Shown piece after piece: positions 1 through 9,228 of a stretch of 59,539 bases of DNA. The DNA comes from a virus (lineage: Duplodnaviria; Caudoviricetes). The stretch lies in IMG/VR virus record IMGVR_UViG_3300021092_000047, positions 1 through 59,539 of that record; one strand, written 5' to 3'. Positions within the stretch are counted from its first letter, which is position 1, and every line of letters begins with the position of its first letter. The position numbers were made by a program, and so were the translations under genes. Under the pieces are notes generated by a model. The model ran no database searches. It saw nothing but the letters and a program-made list of their open reading frames with translations, and had not been told where the DNA came from.

Positions 1-147
1 GTCGTTTAGGTTGCGGTAATAATCATACACTACCACGACGCTGCGTAGCTCAGGTACGTTTAAAAATGCGCGGTGTGTTGTGTCTCGAAATTCTTTGTTG
101 AGCTTCTCGTCAAAAAACATCGCGTTTTCATTAATATTGTCTGCCAT
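1..147 (-). CDS. hypothetical protein (partial, runs off window)
   Basis: ATG at 147, purine-rich upstream (GAAAGAGA), open frame MADNINENAMFFDEKLNKEF... to window edge. Confidence 0.5.
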   Translation of the reverse strand, partial: MADNINENAMFFDEKLNKEFRDTTHRAFLNVPELRSVVVVYDYYRNLND

Positions 148-164
148 CACATCTCTTTCAAAAA

Positions 165-503
165 TCAACCAATTGAATTAGTGTCGTCCCAATCTTCAAA
201 TGTAACGTGAGGTGTGCGACAATACGATTTAAAAACGTCGTTACCAAGATTGGCCAGCCGAGAGATAGCAAAGCCGTAAACAGCGATACTACCTACTCGG
301 CTAAGCCAAAAGGCATCTTCGCTAACTAGTAGCACCCCGCAAAGCATGCCGACCCAAATTGACAAGCACCAAGGACAACCTAATAGTTCTCCCAGTTTAC
401 CTGTCCACATTTCAGTTCGAGCGCGCAGCGGAGCCATTAACGATGAATGGTGCCAGATTTCTACGATCTGCCATGTTGCTAGTGTTGCGATGATTAAATC
501 CAT
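165..503 (-). CDS. DUF1360-like membrane protein
   Basis: Hydrophobic helices with LGELLGCPWCLSIW motif typical of DUF1360. Confidence 0.6.
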   Translation of the reverse strand: MDLIIATLATWQIVEIWHHSSLMAPLRARTEMWTGKLGELLGCPWCLSIWVGMLCGVLLVSEDAFWLSRVGSIAVYGFAISRLANLGNDVFKSYCRTPHVTFEDWDDTNSIG

Positions 504-512
504 GAGGTTTTA

Positions 513-647
513 TCATTCTCCTGCAACGATTAGGCCTACTGTTAAAATTAGGAGTGCAATCATTGCAAGTCCAATATTTCCGGTAAACACAAGGGCTATT
601 GCTGTAAAAACATAGCAAAGACCCCATAACGCAATGTCATCAGCCAT
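513..647 (-). CDS. small membrane protein (44 aa)
   Basis: Read by hand: MADDIALWGLCYVFTAIALVFTGNIGLAMIALLILTVGLIVAGE; fills the gap between neighbours; GGAG upstream. Confidence 0.5.
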   Translation of the reverse strand: MADDIALWGLCYVFTAIALVFTGNIGLAMIALLILTVGLIVAGE

Positions 648-861
648 CAGCTCCACCCCCTGAGGGAGGAGACCAATTATTCAGTTTAACACGATCTGCA
701 GGAGGTGCCCCTTCACCAGCAATCAACTCACCTATAGGTTTTCCGGTAGGATCCGGATACTGGTGGATGAGCAGTTGTCTGGGCGCAAAAGTTGGCGACG
801 GCCAACCGAGCGGTCGCATTTGTTTGCGCCGTTGGTAAGCGAAAGGGCTACGAGATGGCAT
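640..861 (-). CDS. hypothetical protein
   Basis: GGAGG RBS upstream, tightly packed with neighbours. Confidence 0.5.
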   Translation of the reverse strand: MPSRSPFAYQRRKQMRPLGWPSPTFAPRQLLIHQYPDPTGKPIGELIAGEGAPPADRVKLNNWSPPSGGGADG

Positions 862-885
862 ATTGGCCTCCCCCGCGTTAACGTG

Positions 886-1065
886 TTAAGAATCAGAATT
901 AGTATCAACTGTTTTTAAGTTTTCTGGTGTTTCAAACAGCATTTTATTAAGGCTTGTACCGACATACCAGAGACTTTTGGCAATGATTTGAACTGCCAGG
1001 GCTGCCGCTACCACTATAGCGGCCATAAACGTCAGAATAATCTGACTAGGTTTGAAATCCTTCAT
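886..1065 (-). CDS. small membrane protein (59 aa)
   Basis: Read by hand: MKDFKPSQIILTFMAAIVVAAALAVQII...; AGGGAG RBS. Confidence 0.55.
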   Translation of the reverse strand: MKDFKPSQIILTFMAAIVVAAALAVQIIAKSLWYVGTSLNKMLFETPENLKTVDTNSDS

Positions 1066-1079
1066 GAAAGTTTACTCCT

Positions 1080-3056
1080 ATGGTAACAGATTACAAAAAA
1101 CTAAAACTAAGCCGACAGACTTCTAGTCAGACGCTGGCGGCAGAAGAACAAGAAGGCGGCGGTTTTGACCATGATTTAAGTACGTTGGAAAAATCACCAC
1201 TATTAGCTAACTACAAGCCTATAGCTAGCGACAATCCAATGATCAAGCGGCTGCACATGGCGCAGCATGTCATGAAACAATCAGGCTATCTGACAGTAAA
1301 GCCGTTGCTGCCGCTTTTTCTTTCTATTCGCGGTAAACCTTACCACCTACACGACCACTTTCCTTTTGCTCCTTTCTTTAGAACAAGAATGCCAACAAAG
1401 ACGCTATTAAAGACTGGTCGTCAGGTCTCTAAAAGTACGTCGTTAGCTGCGCAAGGCGTTTTGTTTTCTAATTGCATTCCTTACTTCTCGACGCTGTACA
1501 TCACACCGCTGTTTGAGATGGTTCGACGTTTTAGCCAAAACTATGTAGCCCCGTTTATTGAGACTAGCCCGGTAGGCAGGCTCTTTAGCGGAGAATCAAC
1601 AATTAATAATGTGCTTCAACGCAGTTTTAAAAATTACTCGCAGATGCTTTTTTCGTTTGCATATTTGGATGCAGAACGTACCCGCGGTATTTCTGCCGAT
1701 AAGAATGTTATTGACGAAGTTCAAGACATGGACATTACGTTTTTACCTATCATTCACGAAACTATTTCAGCGTCTCGCGACTGGGGCATCATCCAGTATG
1801 CCGGTACACCTAAAACTCTCGACAACACGATCGAGCGGCTATGGGTTGATAGCTCTATGGCAGAATGGGTAATTAAATGCCCACACGGAGGCTGTGGTCA
1901 CTGGAACATACCGGCACTCGAATTTGACCTGATTAAAATGATTGGTCCAGTCCATGACGGCATTAACGATCAGTGTCCTGGTGTTGTTTGCGCTAAGTGC
2001 CAAAAAGCAATCAATCCAAGACCGCCATCTCAAGGCGGAACGGGTCGATGGATTCATCGCGTAGAAGACAAACGATGGACTTTTGCAGGCTACCATATTC
2101 CACAGATCATCATGCCAATGCACTATGCCAGCGTTGAAAAATGGTCAAAACTTGTCGATAAGAAAGAGGGAAGAGGAAATGTTCCGATTCACGTTTTCTA
2201 CAACGAAGTTTGCGGTGAAAGCTGGGATTCTGGTTCTAAGTTAGTCACGGTTACAGATTTGAAACGCGCGGCTAATCTTGGTTGGAGAAACAGCGTAGAT
2301 AGCGCTTCAAAACAAATTAGCGGCTATGTCCATCGGTTCCTTGCCGTTGACTGGGGTGGCGGCGGAGTCAATAAAGGTAAAAGCGATTTCGCGTTGCAAT
2401 CTTATACGGTTATTGCAGTGTGCGGTTTAGCGCCAAACGGACAAGTTCACGTGTTGTACGCTCACAGGTGTTTGACACCAAACGCACACATTGCGGAGGC
2501 TAAGTTAATTCTCAACCTAATGACCTTGTTTGAATGCAGTCACGTAGTGCACGACTACACTGGAGCAGGTACGGTACGAGAAACCGTTTTGCTCCAATCA
2601 GGTTTACCTGCGCATAGCCTACTGCCTATAGCTTATACTGGACCAGCAAAAGGTGACATTATCGTATACAAGCCACCAACACAAACGCACACGCGCGGTC
2701 ACTACACAATGGACCGCAATCGCGCGTTAAACTATTGCTGTCAGTTTATCAAATCAGGTGTGATTCGATTTTTTGACTACGATTACCGTGGTGCAGAAAA
2801 TGTAGGTCTTTTGCATGACTTTTTAAATCTAATCGAAGACAAAACAGAATCTGGCACCGGAAGGGACAACTATAAAATTCTGAGAGACCCGGCAGGCCCT
2901 GATGATTTTGCTCAAGCAGTCACTATGGGCACTATGATGCTGTATCAGCTTTTAGGGCGATGGCCAGATTTGGCTTCTTACGAAGACGTTACAATCGACG
3001 AACAAGCTTTAATGGCATCTCGCGGGCAGGTCGCGCTGGACTGGGAAGGTAGTTAA
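1080..3056 (+). CDS. terminase large subunit, lambda GpA-like
   Basis: Walker A-like KTGRQVSKST, Walker B VIDEVQD, GTPK coupling motif, CPHGGC...CAKC zinc ribbon, RNase H-like nuclease LAVDWG and C-terminal DD; true start may be downstream. Confidence 0.85.
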   Translation: MVTDYKKLKLSRQTSSQTLAAEEQEGGGFDHDLSTLEKSPLLANYKPIASDNPMIKRLHMAQHVMKQSGYLTVKPLLPLFLSIRGKPYHLHDHFPFAPFFRTRMPTKTLLKTGRQVSKSTSLAAQGVLFSNCIPYFSTLYITPLFEMVRRFSQNYVAPFIETSPVGRLFSGESTINNVLQRSFKNYSQMLFSFAYLDAERTRGISADKNVIDEVQDMDITFLPIIHETISASRDWGIIQYAGTPKTLDNTIERLWVDSSMAEWVIKCPHGGCGHWNIPALEFDLIKMIGPVHDGINDQCPGVVCAKCQKAINPRPPSQGGTGRWIHRVEDKRWTFAGYHIPQIIMPMHYASVEKWSKLVDKKEGRGNVPIHVFYNEVCGESWDSGSKLVTVTDLKRAANLGWRNSVDSASKQISGYVHRFLAVDWGGGGVNKGKSDFALQSYTVIAVCGLAPNGQVHVLYAHRCLTPNAHIAEAKLILNLMTLFECSHVVHDYTGAGTVRETVLLQSGLPAHSLLPIAYTGPAKGDIIVYKPPTQTHTRGHYTMDRNRALNYCCQFIKSGVIRFFDYDYRGAENVGLLHDFLNLIEDKTESGTGRDNYKILRDPAGPDDFAQAVTMGTMMLYQLLGRWPDLASYEDVTIDEQALMASRGQVALDWEGS

Positions 3057-3144
3057 TTCGGCACAACCAGTCCAATTTTGTCTGCGATTTCGCGATACGG
3101 CCCACTCGACTGTTTTTACAAATGTTCCTTTAATTGAAGGTTGG

Positions 3145-5394
3145 CTATCGCAAGTCAAGTCGTTTGATGGCGGCGTTAATCCTTTCTTGCGACGCGAAAT
3201 GAAATACTTCACGAAATTGTTGCGACGTAAACTCAAGCCAAGCTTTCCAATCTTTAGCTTTTGGTTTAGGTAGCTGAGTAAAATGCCTCAAATAATTGAG
3301 CACAATTTTGTCCGCACTGTGCGAAAACAATCGAGGCTCAAGCATAAGGTCAACCAAATCAATTAGAATCAATTCTCGTCGAACTGCATTTTTTGGTGTC
3401 TTGCCTGCGGTAACAAAAAAACCTGTAGCGTCGTACTTTTGGATGTTAGTCCAATTGTCTAAACGCCGTGGCCACTTGTGGATCCATTGGTTATAGCCTC
3501 CTCTACGAATGTCCATACGGTGGTATAGCATAGACAGCCCTGCATCAACTTGCTTACGCTCAATCCAGATACCTTGAGTTGTTAATCCAGCACAGCTAGC
3601 CGTAACTTGCAAGGCAACTGCGAGAGCTAAAGCCCAAGTAGCTTCCATTTCTGGATTGTCACGAGATAGCGACGTACAGACTTCATCCGTCAAACGACAT
3701 TGGCTTTGTTGCGGCCCAGGTACATCTTCGGCAAACGTAAAATCTGGAATTTGCCGAAATGTGCCTTGAACAAGTTTTGTATGTTGAAACTGAAAGCCCT
3801 CACCGTCCCAGCCGACTTCTTCTAATCCGCGAACAACCTCAGGTGCTTGAAAACGGCAAGCTGCATCAAACGGACAAAAGTTTTCACTTTTAAGATTGTT
3901 GTACTGATTCATAAAGATATCAGCTTGTAACAGTATTTGGTTTTCCAGTGCAAAATTGCGTAACCAGGTCCAGTTTGCTTTTTTAATTGGCACGCGAAAA
4001 TTTGCAGTTTTTTTACCGCTGGTTAAGGTGCCTACGTATTCTCGACTGTTTTTGCGAACAACAATGTAATTAATTCGAAGAACGCCTGCTAACCTTACAT
4101 GACCGCTGCGACTGTACCACTTGCCTTTGCGTTCAATTAAGACTGTGTTCCCGCCTACACCTTGCACGCCTCCGCGTGCCGTGACAGCTACAGTGATTCT
4201 GCGACCAAAGTTTGACTGCGCACTTGGTTGAACTGTTTTATGCACAAAGTCATACACTTGCGTTGAATACTGCTCTGCGTCTTGCAATAGATTAATTTTT
4301 TCTTTTGGAGTAGCAGTTCTTGCCCAGTTTTTCAATGCGCGTTCGTAGGGACTGGCGTTACGAATCAGCTTTGATATCCCGTCAGTTGCGGGTTGATGAT
4401 GTACCCAACTCCACCAGCGACTGCCTGATACCTCTTCTGGTTGTTGTCGCGTACTGTCTGGACCTAAAAACGTTAGCGAAGCATCTGTCATCATTGCCTG
4501 ATGCAAGATATTTGCCGTTGGTTTGCGTTCCCATAAGACAAGATTTCGACCACTAAAAACTGACCATTGTTTTTCACGATAACGCCATACACCAAAACGC
4601 GAACCCAAAAGCGGTAGCGGTATGCGGCTGTTATTGAAGTTGTGCATTTGCAACATGAGCATTGGACTTAACATCGATGTTACAACGATGTGTTGCGACT
4701 GACTTTGATCTAGCAACGGTAAACCGGCAAAGCCAACTTCTCCTGTAAGGTATGCTGAAGAATACCCAGTAGGGCAGGTTATAAAGACTTCACGATGCTG
4801 AGGGAAACAGGCAAATGCGCCAATGTCTGTAGGTGTACGAAAATACGGTACAACTGCCATCATGCTTTGAGTTTTGCCAAAGATATTGCGAAAGTGTTTG
4901 TTTGCTACGTCAGAAGAAAGCAAACCGTACAACTGTCCTGGTCCTTCTAGGAAACGCTCTAGTCCCATTGTCGAAGGCCGCTGCCAGCCTAGACTTTGCA
5001 GATACTGATGCTGTTCTCGCCGGATATACCTCATGTTTTCCTGAGCCTCAGCCCAGGCTAGCTTGAAGCGACGCCGGAAGTCTTGGTTTTTTTCAAACGC
5101 TTTACGGTCTGTTGAAGAGATGTTCAAATTAAGTTTTTCGGCCAGGTAGTCTAAAGCGGCTGACTCTGTCAAGCCTAGATGCTCAGCTGCCATTGCCAAA
5201 ACACTTCCAGAGACTTTACACTGAGAACAATAATGCCATTCTTCAAGATTTCTGTTATCTTGATAAATGGTCCAAGCGTTTGATCCGCAATATGGACATT
5301 TCGCATTAACTGTGTATTTTGCAGTTGGTTCCAGCCCTAGTAGCGGAGCAACTGTTTGAAATTGTAACCCTGCATGGATGTCTAGGAGACTCAC
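3145..5394 (-). CDS. large protein with N-terminal primase-type (CHC2-like) zinc finger
   Basis: CPYC...WHYCSQCKVSGSVL...AALDYLAEKLNL resembles a DnaG zinc-binding domain; remainder unrecognised; GTG start chosen to avoid overlap with the divergent gene. Confidence 0.5.
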   Translation of the reverse strand: MSLLDIHAGLQFQTVAPLLGLEPTAKYTVNAKCPYCGSNAWTIYQDNRNLEEWHYCSQCKVSGSVLAMAAEHLGLTESAALDYLAEKLNLNISSTDRKAFEKNQDFRRRFKLAWAEAQENMRYIRREQHQYLQSLGWQRPSTMGLERFLEGPGQLYGLLSSDVANKHFRNIFGKTQSMMAVVPYFRTPTDIGAFACFPQHREVFITCPTGYSSAYLTGEVGFAGLPLLDQSQSQHIVVTSMLSPMLMLQMHNFNNSRIPLPLLGSRFGVWRYREKQWSVFSGRNLVLWERKPTANILHQAMMTDASLTFLGPDSTRQQPEEVSGSRWWSWVHHQPATDGISKLIRNASPYERALKNWARTATPKEKINLLQDAEQYSTQVYDFVHKTVQPSAQSNFGRRITVAVTARGGVQGVGGNTVLIERKGKWYSRSGHVRLAGVLRINYIVVRKNSREYVGTLTSGKKTANFRVPIKKANWTWLRNFALENQILLQADIFMNQYNNLKSENFCPFDAACRFQAPEVVRGLEEVGWDGEGFQFQHTKLVQGTFRQIPDFTFAEDVPGPQQSQCRLTDEVCTSLSRDNPEMEATWALALAVALQVTASCAGLTTQGIWIERKQVDAGLSMLYHRMDIRRGGYNQWIHKWPRRLDNWTNIQKYDATGFFVTAGKTPKNAVRRELILIDLVDLMLEPRLFSHSADKIVLNYLRHFTQLPKPKAKDWKAWLEFTSQQFREVFHFASQERINAAIKRLDLR

Positions 5395-5395
5395 A

Positions 5396-6568
5396 ATGCC
5401 TTCACCTTCTGTTGTGCTCGATCCGGCTTCGGACAAAACCCGCACCGAGCTTACTAAACTTGCTAGTCGATACGACTTCCCGCAGTTTGTGCGAGCTGCC
5501 GATCTGGATAGTACTATGAATCCAGGTGAAATTGCTGTAACAGCTTACGCCGATCCGGTCAATAAAAAGTACGCATGTCATTCCGCAGCTGCCACCTGGC
5601 TTTCAGCCGCGTACTTCCATGAGAAGTCGGCCGAATACCATCCTAAACATCAGTCGCGCATTTGTGAACGGCTAGAACGCTTTGCAGACTATTTTGGTAT
5701 TCGTCCGGCTTACGAAGCAATAGTAAAACAAGCTAGTGCACTTCGAGATCAAGATCACTTGCCCGACAGCAGTTATGCTTATGTTTGGCAAGCAAACGAC
5801 GGTTACAAAGAGCGATACTATCCGCTAACATCTGCACTTGAAGTCAAGGTAGCAGCTGAGTGGTTACGAGACAACCGAGATCGCATTCCTTTTGCCGATC
5901 GCAACGTGATTAGCAATCGCATTCTTGAAAAGGCCGCACGTTACGGCGCAGGCCTTGGTGATGAGTTGACCGACTTTGTTGAAAAGCAAGCGGGACGCGG
6001 TATTCCTGACCCACCCGAGCTTTACACAATGCTCGAGCGACGAGCAATGCTTGCTAAAAAAGCCGATCATCGCGAAGCCATCACAAAGCTAGCAGAATCG
6101 GTACGCAACACGCCGCGAGTCGCTTTGCAGCCTAACGAGCTTATTAAGCTCGCAGCAACGGTAGACTTGGTAGATCACGCTTTGGGGTTGAAAGGCAAGT
6201 ACACTGAGATTTTGCCGCGACCTGAAGATGTGATTTTCAAAGTCACATTTACTAAGGCCGCATCAGATCACGGTAAGCTTTGCACACTTCAAACCGGCAG
6301 CATCTACGACAAATCGCAGTTAGCTAAGTTGGCGCGCGAAGATGTTGCAAGCGTATTTGGCGATGACTTTGCAAATGAAGTTTGCACCGGGTTTGACGTA
6401 GACCCGGAAAAGATTGCAGAGCTTGCACATACATTACCACGACCAGATGCTGAATTGCTTGAGCATCTACTTTCAGAGGCAGGTCAACGGCCGCAGCTGG
6501 CGAAATCCGCCAGCTACGAACCGCTTGACACTGAAACACTGGAAGCGCTGGCTAACGCTTACCGCTAA
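5396..6568 (+). CDS. hypothetical protein (possibly head-associated)
   Basis: AGGAG RBS before ATG 5396; 390-aa ORF with recurrent KQAS/KAAS/KSAS motifs. Confidence 0.6.
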   Translation: MPSPSVVLDPASDKTRTELTKLASRYDFPQFVRAADLDSTMNPGEIAVTAYADPVNKKYACHSAAATWLSAAYFHEKSAEYHPKHQSRICERLERFADYFGIRPAYEAIVKQASALRDQDHLPDSSYAYVWQANDGYKERYYPLTSALEVKVAAEWLRDNRDRIPFADRNVISNRILEKAARYGAGLGDELTDFVEKQAGRGIPDPPELYTMLERRAMLAKKADHREAITKLAESVRNTPRVALQPNELIKLAATVDLVDHALGLKGKYTEILPRPEDVIFKVTFTKAASDHGKLCTLQTGSIYDKSQLAKLAREDVASVFGDDFANEVCTGFDVDPEKIAELAHTLPRPDAELLEHLLSEAGQRPQLAKSASYEPLDTETLEALANAYR

Positions 6569-6816
6569 CGAACAGAAGGCGGATCAAACTCGTCGGTATC
6601 TTCGAGCTCGTCCTCATCCACCTCAAATGGTTCAAGCTCGATACCCAGTATTTTAGCAAGTTCTTCGCAATCATTTGCCATTGGCTCAAACGACTCTCGC
6701 CCTTCGTCGTTTGAGCAATCCCAAATCTGCAGCAATCCGTCTAGGCATGAGTCGCGCAATCGTGTTAGGATTTTTTTTATTTTTTCTTTTTCTTCCGCGG
6801 TTGCCATTGCTAACAC
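6565..6816 (-). CDS. small acidic hypothetical protein
   Basis: ORF with acidic tail, convergent with previous gene. Confidence 0.55.
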   Translation of the reverse strand: MLAMATAEEKEKIKKILTRLRDSCLDGLLQIWDCSNDEGRESFEPMANDCEELAKILGIELEPFEVDEDELEDTDEFDPPSVR

Positions 6817-6924
6817 CTTAATCGTAAAGTTTTGCTTGTTTCAAAAGCCCAACAATAGTTTCTTCTGGAACGTCTAGTCGGGACAAGTCACCCATCATCT
6901 AACCCTTTCTTGGTATATCTTGCA

Positions 6925-6960
6925 GAACCCGCACCCGAAGGTGGCTGCATTACACGCGTA
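6925..6960 (-). ncRNA. twister ribozyme, 5' half (split copy)
   Basis: UACGCGUG UAA UGCA GC CACC-UUCG-GGUG CGGG UUC, after which homology stops. Confidence 0.75.
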
Positions 6961-6990
6961 TGTTTAACGTCTTCACCAGGACGGTGCCGA

Positions 6991-7293
6991 TCAAATGATT
7001 TCCCATTTCTTATTTGAAAATGGGTGGGCAACGAGCGTGTGCTCGTTGCTTGATTTAGGGGTAGCGAGCAGAAAAATTCCATAGTTTTCCACGTTCCAGT
7101 TTGCTGCTTTAATAGCCGCGGTGACTGCTGCTCTTTTACGGAGTCCGGCGTCACTGAAATTTACGTTTCCGTAACCCGGCTCGTTACTTGGCAACACACT
7201 TTGACAAACAACTACAACTCCAAGCACACCACTAACTGTAGCATACAATGCGACAGCAGCAGAATGCAGGATTCGACAGATGAACAACATCAT
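6991..7293 (-). CDS. cassette cargo: membrane-anchored hypothetical protein (100 aa)
   Basis: Start after the repeat leader (AAGAAGAAAAGUC-AUG); N-terminal hydrophobic stretch. Confidence 0.65.
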   Translation of the reverse strand: MMLFICRILHSAAVALYATVSGVLGVVVVCQSVLPSNEPGYGNVNFSDAGLRKRAAVTAAIKAANWNVENYGIFLLATPKSSNEHTLVAHPFSNKKWEII

Positions 7294-7327
7294 GACTTTT
7301 CTTCTTGTGGCCGTAGTATAAATGAAA

Positions 7328-7364
7328 AGAGCCCGCCAAACCATTTACGAATCTGACGGGCTCT
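7328..7364 (-). promoter_or_regulatory. repeat leader hairpin (H) followed by U-tract
   Basis: AGAGCCCGUCAGA...UUUGGCGGGCUCU UUUC; G-U pairs favour the minus strand. Confidence 0.7.
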
Positions 7365-7404
7365 ACGCGTGTCCTCTGCATTTACCAGGGCTTGGAACCC
7401 GCAC
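7364..7404 (-). ncRNA. twister ribozyme, 3' half (split copy)
   Basis: GUG CGGG UUCC AAGC CCUG GUAAA UGCA GAGGA CACGCGUA. Confidence 0.75.
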
Positions 7405-7428
7405 TCGCGTCGCTCGTTAAACCTGACG

Positions 7429-7692
7429 CTAGCACATGATTTCGTAGACAGTTCTACCTTCTCTACCTTCGCTTTTTTTCTTTGTTTGCCCACCTAACGG
7501 CATATCGTGAAAACAACCGCCGTTGACTGTTTTGTTGCTTACGGCCTTTGTGATTTTGTCTGCAGATTTTTTAGACTGCACCTGAATACGGTCATAACAA
7601 ATACCGCTGTGAAACCAGACAATGTCTTTGGCTGGAATGTCAAAGCGTTTGGCAAGCCACGTTCTGGTTTCGTCGTCAATTGTCGCATTCAT
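7429..7692 (-). CDS. hypothetical protein
   Basis: GAGG RBS before MNATIDD; overlaps upstream gene end. Confidence 0.55.
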   Translation of the reverse strand: MNATIDDETRTWLAKRFDIPAKDIVWFHSGICYDRIQVQSKKSADKITKAVSNKTVNGGCFHDMPLGGQTKKKSEGREGRTVYEIMC

Positions 7693-8257
7693 ATGATACC
7701 TCGTAGATTCTTGGATCTGGACCTTCCCATTGGCGCAATAACGTTTTGAGAGTGGCGATCGCTGCGTGCAGCATGTTGTTTTGCAAAACTTGAGCGTGTC
7801 CTGCGAGAAAGTTACCAGCGTTTTCTTTGCTCCATCCAGGTTTCCACTCGTCAAGTGCCATCAGCACATCAATGCTGATGTTGGGCATGACCAACAAGTC
7901 CGGGTGGTACAATAAAACATCATTCAACGTCACATGCACAAGAGCTTGTTCGTTTAACGAATAGTTATCTGTGCAGATTTCTATTAACGGAAATGCGTCT
8001 TCTTGAGTTTTACGCACCAACACTGAAACGTCCTCAGTCTCGATGAGTTCATCGTGCGGATGCCCGTGCATTCTTAGAAAACAACTTCCGCAAGTCCCGT
8101 CACTAAGCAAATGACGTTCTGCGGGCGTCAGCTCTGGAAAAGCGTCTTGCACAAACATTTCTCGCCTAATCCACTTTTTGTAACTGTCGTGATCCAGGTT
8201 GAACGTTGTTTTGTTGAGGCAATGTTGGCAGACTACAGACTTGTCGATTCTTTCCAT
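7676..8257 (-). CDS. hypothetical protein with Cys-rich N-terminal domain
   Basis: CQHC...QDAFPELTPAERHLLSDGTCGSC, a recurrent phage Zn-binding-like motif; GAGG RBS. Confidence 0.6.
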   Translation of the reverse strand: MERIDKSVVCQHCLNKTTFNLDHDSYKKWIRREMFVQDAFPELTPAERHLLSDGTCGSCFLRMHGHPHDELIETEDVSVLVRKTQEDAFPLIEICTDNYSLNEQALVHVTLNDVLLYHPDLLVMPNISIDVLMALDEWKPGWSKENAGNFLAGHAQVLQNNMLHAAIATLKTLLRQWEGPDPRIYEVSYECDN

Positions 8258-8918
8258 AATTTTTCCTCGGTAAAGGTTTATCTCGAAAACAAAGCTGACA
8301 ATGGCTGCAGGTCATTTTGGTGATGCCGTTCTCAGCAGGACAAACTAGTGCAGAACCTACCCACTTCAAAATAGTCGCATCTTTATCTCGAAAGATAAGA
8401 TCAACTTCGTAGGCAGGTATGTCGGTATCGTCTGTCATCAGGAATGCTCTGCGAACATTATCAACTTCAGGCGGCGGACCAGATTCGCGATCACAACTAA
8501 ACCAAAGCATTACGTTTGGCAGTTGTGCGTATTCGCGAAGCCGCTCTAGTACAGCCGAATCTGTCCAGCTGCGGGTGTAAGCATAAAACAACAAGCGCTG
8601 ATTTCGTTTTGCAATCTCAATCCATTTTTCGGTGTATTCGACGGAGTAAAAATCTCCACTAACATGCACTCGCAAGATGCGAACGTACAGGGCATATAAC
8701 CAACTGTTCACTCGCTGAACAAAGTCGGGTTTTAGCGACTCTGCATAATTAGATGCCAGCGAATTTTTAACATTTGTTTGATTGAAGTGTCCATGGGTAG
8801 CGTAACACAGCTTCAAACAAAGAGTAGTTGCGCCGATGCAAATTGAACGAACCGCAGAAGGGATAGACCAATGGTGAATTAGTGATCCGAGCTTTGTATT
8901 TCCTGGCCTGATTGGCAT
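8166..8918 (-). CDS. GP88-like (radical SAM-related) phage protein
   Basis: GNTKLG...WSIP...CIGAT..C..LCYA, RVHVSGDF, YAYTRSW, C-terminal CPA...TCSHCQLC; AAGGA RBS before MPIRPG. Confidence 0.75.
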   Translation of the reverse strand: MPIRPGNTKLGSLIHHWSIPSAVRSICIGATTLCLKLCYATHGHFNQTNVKNSLASNYAESLKPDFVQRVNSWLYALYVRILRVHVSGDFYSVEYTEKWIEIAKRNQRLLFYAYTRSWTDSAVLERLREYAQLPNVMLWFSCDRESGPPPEVDNVRRAFLMTDDTDIPAYEVDLIFRDKDATILKWVGSALVCPAENGITKMTCSHCQLCFRDKPLPRKNYGKNRQVCSLPTLPQQNNVQPGSRQLQKVD

Positions 8919-8997
8919 GGGATTCCTTTCAAAAAGAAACGCCAGGGGATGCCTGGCGTTTTGGTGCCTAAAACATGTCGTGCAAGCTTGGCACAAG

Positions 8998-9228
8998 TTA
9001 ATCGTCGTCTTCAATGAAACCTTTCTGCTGAGCGATCCACCCGGTCATGATGATGTAGCCCTTGTCGCCGTCGGCGAGGCAGTCGGTCTCCCTGATCTGG
9101 CTCTTGGGCAGCCACATCTCGACGGGCTTGCCCTCGTCGTCGGTCAGCGAGATCAGGAACGCCTTCTCGGTCACACGCTTGACCAGCACGTCTTCGAGCG
9201 TGAAGGTGTTTTCTTCTTTTTTAGCCAC
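8998..9228 (-). CDS. small phage protein
   Basis: GGAGG RBS, GTG start, TEKAFL...WLPKSQI motif, GC-rich codons. Confidence 0.6.
   Translation of the reverse strand: MAKKEENTFTLEDVLVKRVTEKAFLISLTDDEGKPVEMWLPKSQIRETDCLADGDKGYIIMTGWIAQQKGFIEDDD

Larger units (their letters stand above)
6925..7404 (-). mobile_element. inserted ribozyme gene cassette (470-bp unit) bounded by 10-bp direct repeat GAACCCGCAC
   Basis: Direct repeat at 6925-6934 and 7395-7404; contains the 3' half of a twister, leader hairpin, one gene, B hairpin and the 5' half of a twister, all homologous to the 19-22.8 kb repeats. Confidence 0.75.

Noticed and set aside
7290-7493. ORF interrupted by the cassette (the empty site would read ...RECGFCKIYQERVR)
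   Set aside because: Short, overlaps the upstream gene and has no clear RBS; cannot be supported
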